DNA from: Neoechinorhynchus agilis
Taxonomy: Eukaryota > Animalia > Acanthocephala
Length of the DNA stretch: 64,000 bases
Direction: 5' to 3'
Assembly: GCA_051530055.1 (NCBI GenBank)
Contig: CM121341.1
Span: forward strand, 6,426,784-6,490,783
Part shown: in pieces, positions 61,648-64,000 of the stretch
Numbering within the stretch: position 1 is the stretch's first letter
How the letters are laid out: each line of letters begins with the position of its first letter
The notes under the pieces: model-generated
Seen by the model: the letters and a program-made list of their open reading frames with translations, nothing else
The model's database searches: none
Told to the model about the DNA's origin: nothing
Position numbers and translations under genes: made by a program

Positions 61648-62232
61648 TCTAAAAAGTGGAGAAAACTATTGTGTTCATGAAAGAGTACGACGAGTGGATT
61701 CTTTCCTCATGTTCTTTCATTACTATCTTATGTTTAATCAATCATTCCAATCGTTTCTTTATCGAAGGAGAACCCCAAATTCGCAGGGAAATATCCGCCT
61801 TCACCTTTTTTGTATACAAGCAAAAGGCATAGCTTGGGAAATGAAATTATCGCTTTGTTTTCCTGAATCGAGTGCGCTACAGCTCAGGCACTTTTCATTC
61901 TTAGATATTTGGGCTTTTAAGATGGTTCAAGTCGACGAATTGTCACCTCTGAGCATTCTTCTTTTCGTACGGCCGGGCGGTGAATAACCATCGTCGAATT
62001 TCATTAGCCGACATGGCTTTGTTTGGTAGTCTCCCATTGGGAGGGGGGGAAGCAGGGTTGGATTTCTAAAAGGCCACTAATCATTCATCGGGAAAAAAAC
62101 GCTCAATCGATATTGCCATGTTTGATTCGATTGAACCCCCGTTGCCTCATAATTGCCAATCAGTAATGGTATATAATATTGAAAATGTTGATATGTGAGA
62201 AGGTAACAGTGAAATGTTATTGGAATTATTGT

Positions 62233-62380
62233 GTTTAGAGGTCTTCACCCGCGGTAAATGATTATTTCGACTCTCGTCGGGTTCCCACTTGTATTTTAGG
62301 ACTGATGATGAACCCGACGAGGTTCGCAGAACTTCCTTTTATTCGAAATAATCATTTACCGCGGGTGAAGACTTCTAAAC
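62233..62380. repeat. 148-nt foldback: 38-bp outer arms plus 12-bp inner arms
   Basis: 62233-62270 pairs with 62343-62380 (one G-U); CTCGTCGGGTTC pairs with GAACCCGACGAG. Confidence 0.95.
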
Positions 62381-62501
62381 AAAAGTTCCGTGTATAATAT
62401 TATTTGTTAGCTGTAAAACCATGTGATAACAAAATCTAGAGATCATGTCTACACTAATAACTCCTTAAAAACTTTATTGCTAGATTTTTTTGAGGCTTAA
62501 G

Positions 62502-63584
62502 ATGTGTGGACGAACCTCTTGGTAAGCAATAATCAATTTTTGTCGTTTAATGAAAATGTGATTTGTCGATAGTTCTCGACACCCAAACCAACTCAGAGCT
62601 CTGTGCACCTATCGCAACGGTCGTAGTGCCAACAAACAACCAGAAGTAATCCAAGGTTCCTATGCACTTAAGTACAATCATTCGCCTGGAATGGTAGCTC
62701 CGGCAATCATTTCATCGGCTCATCTTTACGACGACGTTAGTTCGAATGACCGTACAATTGTTCCAATGCAGTTTGGACTCATAAGGAACATTATTGGTGG
62801 CTCAGGGCGAATCATCAATTGCCGAGCCGAGACCATTCACGAAAAACCAATGTTTTCAAGCCTGCTTCGAAAAGGACAACGGTGTATTGTGCTGGTAGAT
62901 GGGTTCTATGAGTGGAAGAAAATTGGCAACAAACAAAAACAACCTTATTTTTTCTACTCCCAAAAACAACTCAAATCCAAGAAAACCGGAGGACCCATGA
63001 ATACGGTCACAATGCTGGCTGCGCTTTTTGACAGAAGACCGCCAACTGAAGATGGCCAAGAGGAATCGTATTGCTTTTCAATTGTCACTACTAGACCAAG
63101 CTTCGACATGAAACCAATTCACGACCGAATGCCAGTTGTTTTGGAGGACGAGTATGACATTGAAACGTGGTTAGACTTTAAAAACTATTCAACTGCAAAA
63201 GCTCTAAAAGTGCTTGGCCCTTGTGAAGATTTGGAGTATTATCCTGTTTCCACAAAGGTCGGAAACGTCGCAAACAATGCTCCTGAGCTCATACAGCCCG
63301 CTCAAGAATATGGACTGGGTGCTTTTGTTAAGAAAGAGCCAAGAACGCAATCGACTGTAAGAGGCCGGTCTAATTCAAGATCAACGAGAAAAACTCGATC
63401 TCGCACTCGATCGCCTTCTACATTTTCTAGAAAAAGTCGATCACCTAAAAGATCTCAGAGAAGAAGTCAGTCATCAAGGAGGACTCGGTCGCGTTCTCGA
63501 TCATCCCGCAATACTCCATTTAAGTCAAACGTAAAGAAGCGATCTCCAATTAGAAGTTTTAGAAAATCACCAAGGAGAAAATAA
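62502..63584 (+). CDS. HMCES: HMCES (SRAP abasic-site protein) with an Arg/Ser-rich C-terminal extension; exons 62502-62521 and 62573-63584
   Basis: MCGR start (Cys2), FGLI, INCRAET, RCIVLVDGFYEW, KQPYFF, IHDRMP, YPVSTKVGN; GT-AG intron in frame. Confidence 0.95.
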
Positions 63585-64000
63585 TGCGTAGATCGCTAAT
63601 GTGGAGCAGAGATGCGTTCTCCATAGAATTCTGCAGCAGGGAGAAAATATATACGTATATCTTTTTCTATGTGCATTATCTTCGTCAAAAAGTCATGGGA
63701 ACCCTGGCAGCACTCACCTTCTTATCGATTGTGTTCGATTTAAACGCCCATGAACCTAGATCTCGATATAGATCAGCAGTCACACTAAATAGTGGGCCGA
63801 TTCAAATTGTAGTGAATTCTTTAAATTCTAATGTGGAACACCGAAGTACGAAAAAATTCTTCGTTCAAAGAGAAGCCTGAATTCGTTCCTTATTGTGCAA
63901 ATACAAAAACACGTTGAATGCCCCAATTGTTCTTGTCGTTCATGTCGATTTCATTGTGTATTTAAGGTCATTAGCCTAGTTTTATAAACGATTTTTTTGT

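Noticed and set aside
63584-63880. 98-aa ORF overlapping the HMCES stop (TAATG), like bacterial translational coupling
   Set aside because: No recognisable protein features; likely 3' UTR coincidence

Overview
Eukaryotic (animal) genomic DNA from an AT-rich, compact, fast-evolving genome. Genes are closely packed, and most introns are tiny (about 40-60 nt, mostly GT-AG with degenerate donors such as GTACGA). The taxon cannot be determined from the sequence; the intron size and candidate GA-AG introns are reminiscent of larvacean tunicates, but that is inference. Recognisable genes: IP3 3-kinase, a bacterial-type GH13 oligo-1,6-glucosidase, PAPSS, mitochondrial TFB1M-like, a cluster of intronless secreted LRR genes, a PAI+homeodomain Pax-like gene, HCCS, DPH6, three 4-TM proteins, an ASPH-like protein, NAA80, a C7orf25/DUF1308 homologue and HMCES. 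About a fifth of the window is tandem repeat (units of about 131, 305, 212, 178, 107, 448 and 66 bp), plus Penelope and LINE remnants and several long perfect hairpins. Top leads: (1) a tRNA-headed SINE-like element carrying a complete hammerhead ribozyme core whose three strands are in a non-circularly permuted order, flanked by a direct repeat and a 75-bp foldback; (2) a TA-flanked TIR element in a PAPSS exon whose exact removal restores the frame but which has no GT-AG ends; (3) several introns that do not splice in frame with canonical GT-AG; (4) a hairpin-rich ~400-nt ncRNA candidate with some telomerase-RNA-like traits; (5) a 46-aa Cys-rich microprotein missed by the ORF track. All homology calls are from motif recognition by eye; no searches were run.
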